This document shows positions 6,991 through 15,492 of a DNA stretch of 22,552 nucleotides, piece after piece; the first letter of the stretch is position 1, and each line of letters starts with the position of its first letter. The position numbers were made by a program, and so were the translations under genes. Source of the stretch: Pseudomonadota bacterium (GTDB lineage Bacteria; Bdellovibrionota_G; JALEGL01; DATDPG01); NCBI GenBank assembly GCA_043804515.1, contig JAZDIZ010000004.1, forward strand, positions 1 through 22,552. The letters are read 5' to 3'. Under the pieces are notes generated by a model. The model was given only the letters and a program-made list of their open reading frames with translations, was not told the DNA's origin and ran no database searches.

Positions 6991-9051
6991 ATGCGCTCCC
7001 GACTTTTCGCCCTTGGTTTTCTCACGCTGTTTCTTGAACTGATTCTCATCCGGTATCTCGCCGGAAACGTTTGGAACCTGGGTTATTTTCCCAACCTGGT
7101 CTTGCTTGCGGCCTTCATCGGCATGGGTACAGGTTTTGTCTTTCATCCGATGATCCCGGATCGCCGATCCCCTTTTCTCTTCGCCTTTTCGACGCTTGTC
7201 CTGTCGATCCTGATCGGATTCGTCTATCTCTTTCACCCCGAGATTCCGGGATTCAAGAGATTCTCCGGGGAGATCGGCAACGAATTGTTCTTCACCTCCA
7301 CTCCGACAGAGAGCGGCCTCCTGAGCTATTCGACGTTCGTATTTTGGTTCGCGGCGGTCATCGCGGTCTTTTTCTTGATCTGCCAGCTCAAGGCCAAGCT
7401 CTTTCGCACACTCGCACCGCTGACCGCTTATACGCTGGATATCGTCGGGGGATGCTGCGGGATCGTTCTCTTCATGGCGCTCAGCTGGCTCCGTCTTCCC
7501 GCGTGGAGCTGGTTGATCCTGGCAATGCCGGCGTATGTGTGGATCCTGGGGCGGAGGCCTTGCTCGCTCCATTTCATCGTGTCATGCGCACTCGCGGTTG
7601 TCGCCTTCGCCGCATGGGTCCAGGACCGGGAACTCTTGATGAATCCGGCCTATGACGGGCCTGTCGAAGTCACCTGGTCGCCTTATCAAAAGATCGAATA
7701 CATGGACGAATACAAACAGATCTTCGTGAACGGCATTCGCCATCAATCGATAGACGCCGCTGCGGGCGTGCCGGGAAGCTACTACTCGCTTCCCTATCGA
7801 CAACGAGAGGAACATAGCCGCCCACCGATCAAAAGCGTTCTTGTGCTCGGCTCGGGTTCGGGAAACGACGTTTCGGCGGCCCTCTTGAATGGAGCTGAGC
7901 GGGTCGATGCTGTGGAGATCGATCCGGTGATTGCCGGGATCGGCATCCGACACAACCCGATCCGCCCGTACCAGGACTCCCGAGTATCGCTCACGATCGA
8001 CGACGGACGAGCTTTCCTCTCGCGTTCGAGAGAACGTTACGATCTGATCGTTTTCGCATTGACCGATTCTCTCGTAAAAGTGAGCCCCGTGGCGCAACTT
8101 CGACTTGAGAATTATCTGCTCACCCGCGAAGCCTTCCGGAAAGCCGCAAGTCTCTTGACAAAGACCGGTGAAATCGTTTTTTACAACTACCACCGGCATA
8201 TCTGGCTTCGTGACAAGATCCAGGGCGCATTGATCGAGGCCACCGGACGAATGCCGAGGGTCTTTGCGCTCGAGCCCTTGTTCGCCGTCCTGATCGTCGG
8301 ACCGTGGGACAACAAAACCGCCTTGCCGGAATCGTTTCACACGCAATTACGGGTGGCGAGTGACGACTGGCCTTTCCCGTATCTTAAAAAACAGGAAATG
8401 CCCGAGATCTACCGTTGGGCCGTAGCGGGCATCGCGGCACTGATCGGCTTTCTGATGTTTCTCCTCAGACAATCCGGACCTCGCGCGGGCGGGAGAATGA
8501 AGCTGGCGTTTCTGTTTATGGGGCTCCCCTTTCTCCTTCTCGAGACGAAGAGTGTGATTCAATTCAGTCTGCTTTTTGGGACGACTTGGATCAACAACTC
8601 CCTGGTTTTCCTGGCCATCCTTCTGTCCGTGCTTGCGGCGAACTGGACCGTTCACAAGTGGAAAAGGAAGCCGCCCTTAAAGACGATTTATGGGCTCCTG
8701 ATTTTATCTTCACTGGCGACGCTGGCGTATCCGCTCTCTAATCTCCTCAGCGTCGAAAATCCGGAACTTCGTTTTGTTCTGGCGAGTCTGATGGTCTTTT
8801 CCCCCGTCTATCTGGCGAACCTGATTTTCAGCTTTACGTTCCGGGATCAGGAGACCGCCGAGCAACTCTTGGGATGGAACCTCCTCGGTTGCACGTTAGG
8901 CGGCGTCATCGAGTACCTGAGCATGTGGCTGGGGTACAACGCGTTGGCGGCGGTCGTCGCCGTCTGTTACACGTTCGTCGTGATTCTCCTGACTCGGCCG
9001 ACGCGGGGCATGCTCCTCGTTCGATCCACCGAATCGGAATCCGCTTCGTAA
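6991..9051 (+). CDS. Membrane-bound spermidine synthase-like / class I SAM-binding protein with N- and C-terminal TM bundles
   Basis: LFLELILIR, WSPYQKI, VLVLGSGSGNDV, VDAVEIDP, DDGRAFL, YDLIVFALTDS, DDWPFPYL, F.LLETKS motifs. Alternative start at 6964. Confidence 0.82.
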   Translation: MRSRLFALGFLTLFLELILIRYLAGNVWNLGYFPNLVLLAAFIGMGTGFVFHPMIPDRRSPFLFAFSTLVLSILIGFVYLFHPEIPGFKRFSGEIGNELFFTSTPTESGLLSYSTFVFWFAAVIAVFFLICQLKAKLFRTLAPLTAYTLDIVGGCCGIVLFMALSWLRLPAWSWLILAMPAYVWILGRRPCSLHFIVSCALAVVAFAAWVQDRELLMNPAYDGPVEVTWSPYQKIEYMDEYKQIFVNGIRHQSIDAAAGVPGSYYSLPYRQREEHSRPPIKSVLVLGSGSGNDVSAALLNGAERVDAVEIDPVIAGIGIRHNPIRPYQDSRVSLTIDDGRAFLSRSRERYDLIVFALTDSLVKVSPVAQLRLENYLLTREAFRKAASLLTKTGEIVFYNYHRHIWLRDKIQGALIEATGRMPRVFALEPLFAVLIVGPWDNKTALPESFHTQLRVASDDWPFPYLKKQEMPEIYRWAVAGIAALIGFLMFLLRQSGPRAGGRMKLAFLFMGLPFLLLETKSVIQFSLLFGTTWINNSLVFLAILLSVLAANWTVHKWKRKPPLKTIYGLLILSSLATLAYPLSNLLSVENPELRFVLASLMVFSPVYLANLIFSFTFRDQETAEQLLGWNLLGCTLGGVIEYLSMWLGYNALAAVVAVCYTFVVILLTRPTRGMLLVRSTESESAS

Positions 9052-9213
9052 CAGTGGCCTCCCTTACGCGCCAAGGAAGTCGGAAACCATCCTGAGGGAT
9101 GCCTGGATTAGGAACCGGGTTAGTGGGACCTGTCCCTTTTCGCCTACCGTCCCTACTCCATGGCCGAGCCATCCCATTGATCTGAATGAGGCTTTTCCGC
9201 GCCCGGCAACAAA

Positions 9214-9263
9214 TGTTAAGAGATAAATAACTGTCGTTAACATTCATCTAGAAACCGTTAACA
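9214..9263. promoter_or_regulatory. Three phased GTTAA(C/G) boxes (21-bp period) upstream of the TIGR02147 gene
   Basis: GTTAAG at 9215, GTTAAC at 9236 and GTTAAC at 9257, in an AT-rich intergenic region. Confidence 0.55.
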
Positions 9264-9284
9264 ATTGTCGTTATATTGGAGTTG

Positions 9285-10109
9285 ATGAAGACCGTTTTCC
9301 ATTACACGGACTACCGCGCGTTTCTCCGGGATTTCTACGAGGAGCACAAGAACCAAACTCCCTCCTATTCCTTCCGTTTTTTCGCACGCAAGGCCGGCCT
9401 TCAATCTCCCAACTATTTTAAATTGGTCATGGACGGGGACCGGAACCTCACGCATCGCAACGTCCGGAAATTCGTAAAGGGCCTGGGCCTGAACGACCGC
9501 GAAGGCCTGTACTTCGAGAACCTCGTCTACTTCAATCAAGCCAAGGATGGGGAAGAGCGGGCGTTTTTCAAGAAGAACCTGGATCTGGCCCGTTCGAACG
9601 GCGACATGGCGCTCCTCACCAAAGACCAATACGAGGTCCTGGCGCATTGGTTTCCTTTGGCCGTCAAGGAGCTCATTCAGCTCGACGCCTTTCAGAACAA
9701 ACCCAAGTGGATCGCCTCCCGCCTGGATTACAAGATTACGCCTGAGGAGGCCAAAGAGGCCGTCGCGCTCCTGATTCGTTTGAAACTTGTCGAACAGAAT
9801 GAGAAGGACGGCCTGCTCAAGGTGACGGAGCAAAGCCTGCAGACGCCGGACGTCACGCGCTCCGAGGCGGTGAAGCAGTACCACGCGCAGATGATGGGAT
9901 TGGCCCAGAAGGCGATGGAGGCGCAATCGCACGAAGAGAGGTGCTTTTCGGCGGTCACCGTGGCGATCCGAAAGAAGGATCTGCCCGAGGCGTTCCGCCG
10001 GATCCACCGCTTCCGGAACGAGATGAACTCTTTCTTCACGCAAGGGAAGCCGTACGACGCGGTCTACCAACTCAACATCCAGCTCTTCAGGTTGGACGAC
10101 GATGTCTAA
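9285..10109 (+). CDS. TIGR02147-family protein (N-terminal HTH + DUF4423)
   Basis: VF.YTDYR.FL.DFYEE.K, SFRFFARKAGL.SPNY.KLVM.G.RNL, YFENLVYFNQA, W...AVKELI, YH.QMM.LA..A, ER.FS.VT, VYQLNIQLF. ATG at 9285 with GGAG RBS (TTG at 9276 is an alternative). Confidence 0.9.
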   Translation: MKTVFHYTDYRAFLRDFYEEHKNQTPSYSFRFFARKAGLQSPNYFKLVMDGDRNLTHRNVRKFVKGLGLNDREGLYFENLVYFNQAKDGEERAFFKKNLDLARSNGDMALLTKDQYEVLAHWFPLAVKELIQLDAFQNKPKWIASRLDYKITPEEAKEAVALLIRLKLVEQNEKDGLLKVTEQSLQTPDVTRSEAVKQYHAQMMGLAQKAMEAQSHEERCFSAVTVAIRKKDLPEAFRRIHRFRNEMNSFFTQGKPYDAVYQLNIQLFRLDDDV

Positions 10110-10605
10110 GTTGGCGCTTCCACTCCTTGCGCTTCTGGTTCTCTTTCCTCTCGGGAGCGTACCGACCAGCGGATGCGGAACCTGCGTGGGGAACCCGGAA
10201 TGTGTCCCAGGCTTCAACGCCAATGCCGGAATACAGGGCCCAACGTCGGAGGATTTCGCTGGACCCATCCGGCACTACCAGAATGCGGCTCCCGACGTGA
10301 AGGACTGCGGCGCGTTTACCGAGCAGAGCAAATTGGAGGATGTGGAGGCAGGGCGGTCCTGCATTCGCACTTCCCTCGCCGATTGCACACTGGCCAAGTA
10401 CCTCCTCAACGAGACGACCTCCAGGGGTTACTCCTTCGTTTCGTTCGTCGGCGTGGAGCTCACGGCGGAAGGGGCGACCACCTGCCAACTGCGCGTTCAT
10501 ACGGTCTCCTCGGACTCGGCCCGTTTCCTCGGTGACGAGGAGAAGACGTGCGCGAGCGTAGGCGCCTCCGACACCCTCGAACTCGCCTGCAGTGTCGGCC
10601 AATAG
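10102..10605 (+). CDS. Hypothetical exported Cys-rich protein / lipoprotein
   Basis: Hydrophobic signal followed by GSVPTSGC; 9 Cys; 8-bp overlap with the upstream gene; GC-rich third codon positions. Confidence 0.72.
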   Translation: MSKLALPLLALLVLFPLGSVPTSGCGTCVGNPECVPGFNANAGIQGPTSEDFAGPIRHYQNAAPDVKDCGAFTEQSKLEDVEAGRSCIRTSLADCTLAKYLLNETTSRGYSFVSFVGVELTAEGATTCQLRVHTVSSDSARFLGDEEKTCASVGASDTLELACSVGQ

Positions 10606-10637
10606 CCTGTACTTTCAGCAACTTAGATTCAGTTACT

Positions 10638-10669
10638 GTTTGTTAACGATATTTTGTGGTTTGTTAACA
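10638..10669. promoter_or_regulatory. Two phased GTTAAC boxes (21-bp period) upstream of the beta-propeller gene
   Basis: GTTTGTTAAC direct repeat at 10638 and 10659. Confidence 0.55.
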
Positions 10670-10732
10670 TTTATCTGGCGGCCGGAACCGGAGTTTTCGT
10701 ATTCTTGGGGTATGGATCACAAAGGAGTGAAC

Positions 10733-12667
10733 ATGAAGTTCTCAGCCCTCTTCGTCGTGGGTTTCGCCTCCCTTCTCTTCGTTCTTGGATGTGACGATCA
10801 AGGCGCGTCGGACCTCACGTCCGAAAACGCCAGGCTTGTTGCCTTCACGTCCTGTAACGAGCTTGCGGCGACCGTAAAAACCGCCTCTTCGTCCGTGTCT
10901 TTCGCTGAAAACGGGGGTGGTAACGCCGCGCCCTCCGCATCCTCGGGTGCCAGGGTCGTGGGGGAGACCAACCTGCAGGTGGCCGACGTGGATGAGATCG
11001 ACACCGCCAAAGCCGACGGCGCTTTCCTGTACACGCTGAACACGAATGTAGGTACCGGCAACCCGGCATTGTTCGTTCTCCGGCGTATCCCCGGGGAAAA
11101 GGCGAGCGTGCTCCAGAACATCCCATTTGCCGACATGAGCCCGCTGGGAATCTTCCTCACGACGGATCGCCTGATCGCCATCGGCCAGGCAACGGCAAAT
11201 ACGGGTGTCGAGCCTTGTTACATTCCCATGCTGGGTACCCTGCCTGTCGAAACCACATGCCCGATCTATACGGAGCAGACACACCTTAGGTTCTTTGCAA
11301 GAAACGGGGACGGCACGCTGACGGAGACCGGCAATCGGACGATCGACGGAATGTTCTCCGATGCCCGTATGACCGGCGGACGCCTCCATCTGGTCCTCCT
11401 CCACTACCTCTATCGCGCCGAGCCCTTCACGGCCGAAAACATCAGCGTGGCGCTTCCGGCGTCCTCGTTCAACGGTAACCAAAGCTCCCTCGCATCCTGC
11501 ACGGATGTCCTGCACGAGCGGGCTCTGCTGACCGTTGAGACGGATGTGAGGCCGGTCTCGAACAATCTCCTCTGCGTCGTGTCGGCCGACATCTCGGACC
11601 CGTCGAAAGAGCCGAAGGGACAGTGCATTCTCGCGGACGGCGCTTCCACGATTTATGCCTCCCCGGAGAATCTCTTCGTGGCTAGCTGGGGATGGAAAGA
11701 CACGCCGATCCATCAGTTCGCGCTCAAGGACCGGGACGAACGGCCGAGGTACGTCGGCACGGCCTTGGTTCCCGGCACGATCCTGAATCAGTTCTCGCTA
11801 GACGAGAGCAACGGGTATCTCCGTGTGGCCACGCATCTGGACAATTACGAAGCCTCCATCGGGATCACCGTTCCCCCTCTGCCCGCGCCGCCACCGGTCG
11901 TCGTGTCCTTGCGCTCGTTCACGGAGATCTGGACCAATCAGCTGAGCGTGTTCCGCCTGACGGAAGGCAATCCCATTCTGGCGGCTACACTGGGTGATCT
12001 CGGGAAGGGCGAGAAGATTTACGCCACGAGATTCCTGGGCGACAAGGGGTTCGTCGTCACGTTCAAGAAAACGGATCCTCTCTATGCGATCGATCTCAGC
12101 AACCCCGAGCATCCGGTTCTGCGCGGCGAACTCAAGATCCCCGGTTACTCGTCCTACCTCCACCCGATGCAGGACGGATATCTTCTGGGAGTCGGGAAGG
12201 ACGCGGAAGCCGCGGATGAGTCGGCCGATTTCGCCTGGTACCAGGGAATGGCCCTTTCGATCTTTGACGTGCGCGACATGGACCATCCCGCGCTCGTGCA
12301 AAAAATCGGCATCGGAAGCCGCGGCACGCAGTCGGAGGCGCTCAGTACCCAAAAAGCGTTCCGGTACGACCCGGCGACCGGCCTGGTGATTTTCCCGATC
12401 GATGTCTTCGAGGGCGCTTCGGGCCAGAGTGACTGGGGAACTCACACCTTCTCCGGTTTTCATATCTACTCGGTTTCGATTGCAAGCGGCTTCGAGTTGG
12501 TCGGCCGGTCGGCCTTTCAAACCATGACGTGCGAGTACTGCTGGTATTCGACGTCGGGCCGCGCGTTCGTCCACGACGGATCGATCGCTCTCGTGGGGGG
12601 CGGGGAGGTCGTGACACGCGCGGCTTCGAGTCCGAACGCGGACCTCGCCCGTGTCCCGATCAACTAG
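10733..12667 (+). CDS. Beta-propeller domain lipoprotein (Beta_propel family)
   Basis: AAGGAG RBS; lipobox FVLGC (C20); TNLQVADVDE.D.AKADG, LNQFSLDE.NGYLRVAT, GE.IYATRFLGD.GFVVTFKKTDPL, GELKIPGYSSYLHP motifs. The ORF-track start at 10592 is over-extended. Confidence 0.9.
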   Translation: MKFSALFVVGFASLLFVLGCDDQGASDLTSENARLVAFTSCNELAATVKTASSSVSFAENGGGNAAPSASSGARVVGETNLQVADVDEIDTAKADGAFLYTLNTNVGTGNPALFVLRRIPGEKASVLQNIPFADMSPLGIFLTTDRLIAIGQATANTGVEPCYIPMLGTLPVETTCPIYTEQTHLRFFARNGDGTLTETGNRTIDGMFSDARMTGGRLHLVLLHYLYRAEPFTAENISVALPASSFNGNQSSLASCTDVLHERALLTVETDVRPVSNNLLCVVSADISDPSKEPKGQCILADGASTIYASPENLFVASWGWKDTPIHQFALKDRDERPRYVGTALVPGTILNQFSLDESNGYLRVATHLDNYEASIGITVPPLPAPPPVVVSLRSFTEIWTNQLSVFRLTEGNPILAATLGDLGKGEKIYATRFLGDKGFVVTFKKTDPLYAIDLSNPEHPVLRGELKIPGYSSYLHPMQDGYLLGVGKDAEAADESADFAWYQGMALSIFDVRDMDHPALVQKIGIGSRGTQSEALSTQKAFRYDPATGLVIFPIDVFEGASGQSDWGTHTFSGFHIYSVSIASGFELVGRSAFQTMTCEYCWYSTSGRAFVHDGSIALVGGGEVVTRAASSPNADLARVPIN

Positions 12668-12766
12668 GTGGAAGTCGCTGAAGGTGGAGTCTTTCGCTCC
12701 GCCTCTCGGCGTTTAAGGATCAATCCTTAAGCCTCAATCCTTAGAATTCAGGGGCGGAGGTGCTTT

Positions 12767-12814
12767 TCCCAACTGCGCACGAAGTGTTCGGTTGACACGG
12801 AACGAAAGTTTACA
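12767..12814. promoter_or_regulatory. Conserved upstream box (candidate sigma54 enhancer/UAS), copy 1
   Basis: 46/48 identical to 13795-13842; contains a GTGT-N7-ACAC dyad. Confidence 0.55.
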
Positions 12815-12903
12815 GTTTCGGACTTCGTTAGCCGCGACGTGGTCACACGAAGGACTATTACAATCATATTGAGGGTTTACTTTATTCGCCCCGTTTCGTT
12901 TGT

Positions 12904-12919
12904 CGGCACGGGCCTTGCT
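12904..12919 (+). promoter_or_regulatory. sigma54 (-24/-12) promoter, copy 1
   Basis: CGGCACG-GGCC-TTGCT versus consensus TGGCACG-N4-TTGCW, with exact GG-N10-GC spacing. Confidence 0.75.
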
Positions 12920-12934
12920 GATGCTATTTATTGG

Positions 12935-13759
12935 ATGAACCCGCTCAGGTTCCTAACTCTTTGTTTTCTGGTCCCATGCATGTGGGCTTTCCTCACCTGC
13001 AGCCAAAATCGATCCATCAATCAAAGTCTGACGTTCGACCGCTCGAAACTCCTGGGGCAGTCGGCTTTGCTGGCGGTGATCTCACAGAATCCGGACGGCT
13101 CTGCCGACGTACTGTATTCGTCCGGCTTCCAAGACGTCGGGGGCATCGACTTTTCGGTCGACACTTCGAACGACGCTTCGGCGCAGGTTGTTCTTCTTCT
13201 GTACGCGGAGAATTTGGCCGGGCACGATCCGACCATCATCGACCCGGCACAGGCGACTGCCGACCTGGTGCACGTTTCGCCGGCAGGCATCTTCATGAGC
13301 GCCCTGAGTCAGGGGACAACGTTCGATCCGCTTACGGCGGACAATCCGAGTTTCGCGCTGATCCAATCCTTTGCGGACAGTGTCTTTGTCGCCCAAGACC
13401 TCTTCACGCCAACTCCCACATCTACACCCACGTTGACGCCAACGCCGGCGGGCACGCCGACCCCCAGTCCAACACCAACGCTAACACCAACGTCAACTCC
13501 GACGCCGACACCTTCGTGGTCCGTGTGCATCGGGAAGACCACGACTATCGAGACCTGTGACGACTACTGTACTTCGGTCTCGAAGATGTGCACTCCGTCC
13601 TGCACGTCGCCCGCCAATCGCCTCAATCAGGCCGCGATCGCGTGGGCCATGGACTCAACCGGCTGTCCCGGTGCAGAGGCTGGAGGCGATGCCCCCTGCG
13701 ATGGGATATTCGACGATCTGCCCCCCGGCCCATTAAGATGGAAGTGCTGTTGCCAATAG
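12935..13759 (+). CDS. Exported protein: conserved N-domain, Pro/Thr linker, Cys-rich C-terminal domain (paralog 1)
   Basis: Start set by alignment with paralog 2 (MNPLRFL); signal ending AFLTC; (TP)n linker at 13406-13513; C-terminus with 10 Cys ending WKCCCQ. Confidence 0.82.
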   Translation: MNPLRFLTLCFLVPCMWAFLTCSQNRSINQSLTFDRSKLLGQSALLAVISQNPDGSADVLYSSGFQDVGGIDFSVDTSNDASAQVVLLLYAENLAGHDPTIIDPAQATADLVHVSPAGIFMSALSQGTTFDPLTADNPSFALIQSFADSVFVAQDLFTPTPTSTPTLTPTPAGTPTPSPTPTLTPTSTPTPTPSWSVCIGKTTTIETCDDYCTSVSKMCTPSCTSPANRLNQAAIAWAMDSTGCPGAEAGGDAPCDGIFDDLPPGPLRWKCCCQ

Positions 13760-13794
13760 ATCGATGTGCTAAAGATTGGGGACGGAGACACCTC

Positions 13795-13842
13795 TCCCAA
13801 CTACGCACGAAGTGTCCGGTTGACACGGAACGAAAGTTTACA
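13795..13842. promoter_or_regulatory. Conserved upstream box (candidate sigma54 enhancer/UAS), copy 2
   Basis: Perfect dyad GTGTC-CGGTT-GACAC; exactly 1028 bp from copy 1. Confidence 0.55.
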
Positions 13843-13931
13843 CTCCCGATTTCCACCAGCGACGGCTTGGCCGCGTGAAGAAATACTTCTGTAATATCCA
13901 AGACTTAAATCGTTCGCCGTTTTCCGTTTAT

Positions 13932-13947
13932 CGGCACGGGCCTTGCT
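13932..13947 (+). promoter_or_regulatory. sigma54 (-24/-12) promoter, copy 2
   Basis: Identical CGGCACGGGCCTTGCT, 1028 bp from copy 1. Confidence 0.75.
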
Positions 13948-13962
13948 GATGCTATCTATGGG

Positions 13963-14811
13963 ATGAACCCGCTCAGGTTCCTAAGCCTTTGTCTTTTAGT
14001 CCCGTGCATGTGGGCATTCCTCACGTGCAATCGCGATCGATCCATCAATCAGAGTGTGACGCTCGACCGCTCGAAACTCCTGGGACAGTCGGCTTTGCTG
14101 GCGGTGATCTCACAGAATTCGGTCGACTCTCCCAACGTTTTCCCCAACGTATTGTATTCATCCGGTTTCCAAGACGCGGGGGCCATAGACTTTGCGATCG
14201 ATACTTCAAACGACCTTTCGGCAAACGTTGTTCTTCTTCTGTACGCGGAGAATCTGGCCGGGACCGACCCGACCATCATCGACCCGGCACAGGCAACCTC
14301 CGACCTGGTGCACATCACGCCGGTAGGCATCTTCATGAGCGCCCTGAGGCAGGGCACTACGTTCGATCCGCTTACTGCGGACAACGCGAGTTTCGCTCTG
14401 ATCCAATCCTTTGCGGACCGCGTTTTTGTCCCCCAAAACCTCTTCACGCCAACACCCACACCTACACCCACACCGACACCCACGGTGAGCCCGACGCCGG
14501 GGGGCCCGCTGACCGTACTCATTACGTATCCGACCGCCGGATCGACGATTTCCGGTGTGATCACCGTGCGTGTATCCGTGGACCCCTACGACAACGTGGC
14601 GCGGGTGGAACTCTTTTTAGATGCGTGGAATCTCAACAACCTGATCGGAACCATTAATGGAGATCGCGTTCACAGCCCGCCGTACGACTTCACCTGGGAC
14701 ACCACGCAAACCAGCAACACGACGCACACGCTCGGCGCGCGTGCCTGGGATACGCTGGAGAATCATTTTGACAACGCGTTCGGTGTAACCGTCAGCAACC
14801 CCCCTCCTTGA
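13963..14811 (+). CDS. Exported protein: conserved N-domain, Pro/Thr linker, bacterial Ig-like (Big_7-type) C-terminal domain (paralog 2)
   Basis: N-domain highly similar to paralog 1; linker at 14446-14499; TV.IT.P..GSTISG...VARVELFLD...PY.FTWDTT..SN..HTL.ARAWD...VTVSN motif. Confidence 0.85.
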   Translation: MNPLRFLSLCLLVPCMWAFLTCNRDRSINQSVTLDRSKLLGQSALLAVISQNSVDSPNVFPNVLYSSGFQDAGAIDFAIDTSNDLSANVVLLLYAENLAGTDPTIIDPAQATSDLVHITPVGIFMSALRQGTTFDPLTADNASFALIQSFADRVFVPQNLFTPTPTPTPTPTPTVSPTPGGPLTVLITYPTAGSTISGVITVRVSVDPYDNVARVELFLDAWNLNNLIGTINGDRVHSPPYDFTWDTTQTSNTTHTLGARAWDTLENHFDNAFGVTVSNPPP

Positions 14812-14843
14812 CGTGACACCTTCGTTGAACTAGCAAGAGACTC

Positions 14844-15335
14844 GTGCGGAACTTCGGATATTTCGTCTTGATGGCGATTGTGCCGGTGTTGATGGGCCCG
14901 GGATCCATTCCACCGTGCCTTGCCCACGAGGATTTGCCTTCCGGCCCTTGGACATCCATCTACTGCATGGCTCCGGTTTATCGGGAGTCAATCACTTGGA
15001 ACGATAACGTCCAAGGCTTGAGTTTCGTCCGCTATCTCCAAGCAAACAGAAACAGATGCCCGGTGGCTATCGACGTTTATTTCAGTGCGCTGGAAGAGGC
15101 GCTTTGGCATACGGACAATCCGGTTCCCATGGCGAACATGGGACTGGATCTGAAGACCGGCCGCTGCCTCTATGCCAACAAAGCGCTGGTCACGCTCATC
15201 CAAGGCGTGGCCAGAAATCACCAAGTTTCCGGATCTCCGCTGGAGCATGACCTCGGACCGTATACGATCTGGTGCGGTATCAATCCGAACCTTCCAAAGG
15301 GACCCTACCGTTCCAGGCCAGCCCGTAAGAGGTGA
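14844..15335 (+). CDS. Hypothetical exported protein
   Basis: GTG start after AGAGA, signal-like N-terminus, 5 Cys; fills the gap between convergent neighbours. Confidence 0.55.
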   Translation: MRNFGYFVLMAIVPVLMGPGSIPPCLAHEDLPSGPWTSIYCMAPVYRESITWNDNVQGLSFVRYLQANRNRCPVAIDVYFSALEEALWHTDNPVPMANMGLDLKTGRCLYANKALVTLIQGVARNHQVSGSPLEHDLGPYTIWCGINPNLPKGPYRSRPARKR

Positions 15336-15492
15336 CTCCCCCGCACTTCGACGCCGTGCGTTCGTCGAAAATGGGGGCGGAGGGATCAATCGCAATTCTT
15401 GCTATACATAATTAGGTCGGACTCTTAGTGCGCTGGCTGCGGACTTCATACGATGCACAAAGAAATGAGCCAAACCCAAAAAGCGGCCGTGT

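Noticed and set aside
9258..10268. 336-aa minus-strand ORF
   Set aside because: Shadow of the TIGR02147 gene; no recognisable motifs.
10592..10732. Upstream extension of the beta-propeller ORF (similarly 12839-12934 and 20797-20859)
   Set aside because: Covers AT-rich promoter DNA; downstream starts have RBS, signal-peptide or paralog support.
13406..13513. 6-bp-period repeat as a phase-variable SSR
   Set aside because: Codons are synonymously diversified and in frame; it is a protein-level (TP)n linker.
12767..13842. 48-bp repeat as CRISPR, IS end or DGR template/variable repeat
   Set aside because: Only two copies, part of a gene duplication; no spacers, cas, transposase or reverse transcriptase, and the mismatches are not adenine-specific.
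15336..15385. Hairpin TTCGACG/CGTCGAA as a terminator
   Set aside because: Short stem and no convincing U-tract; insufficient support.
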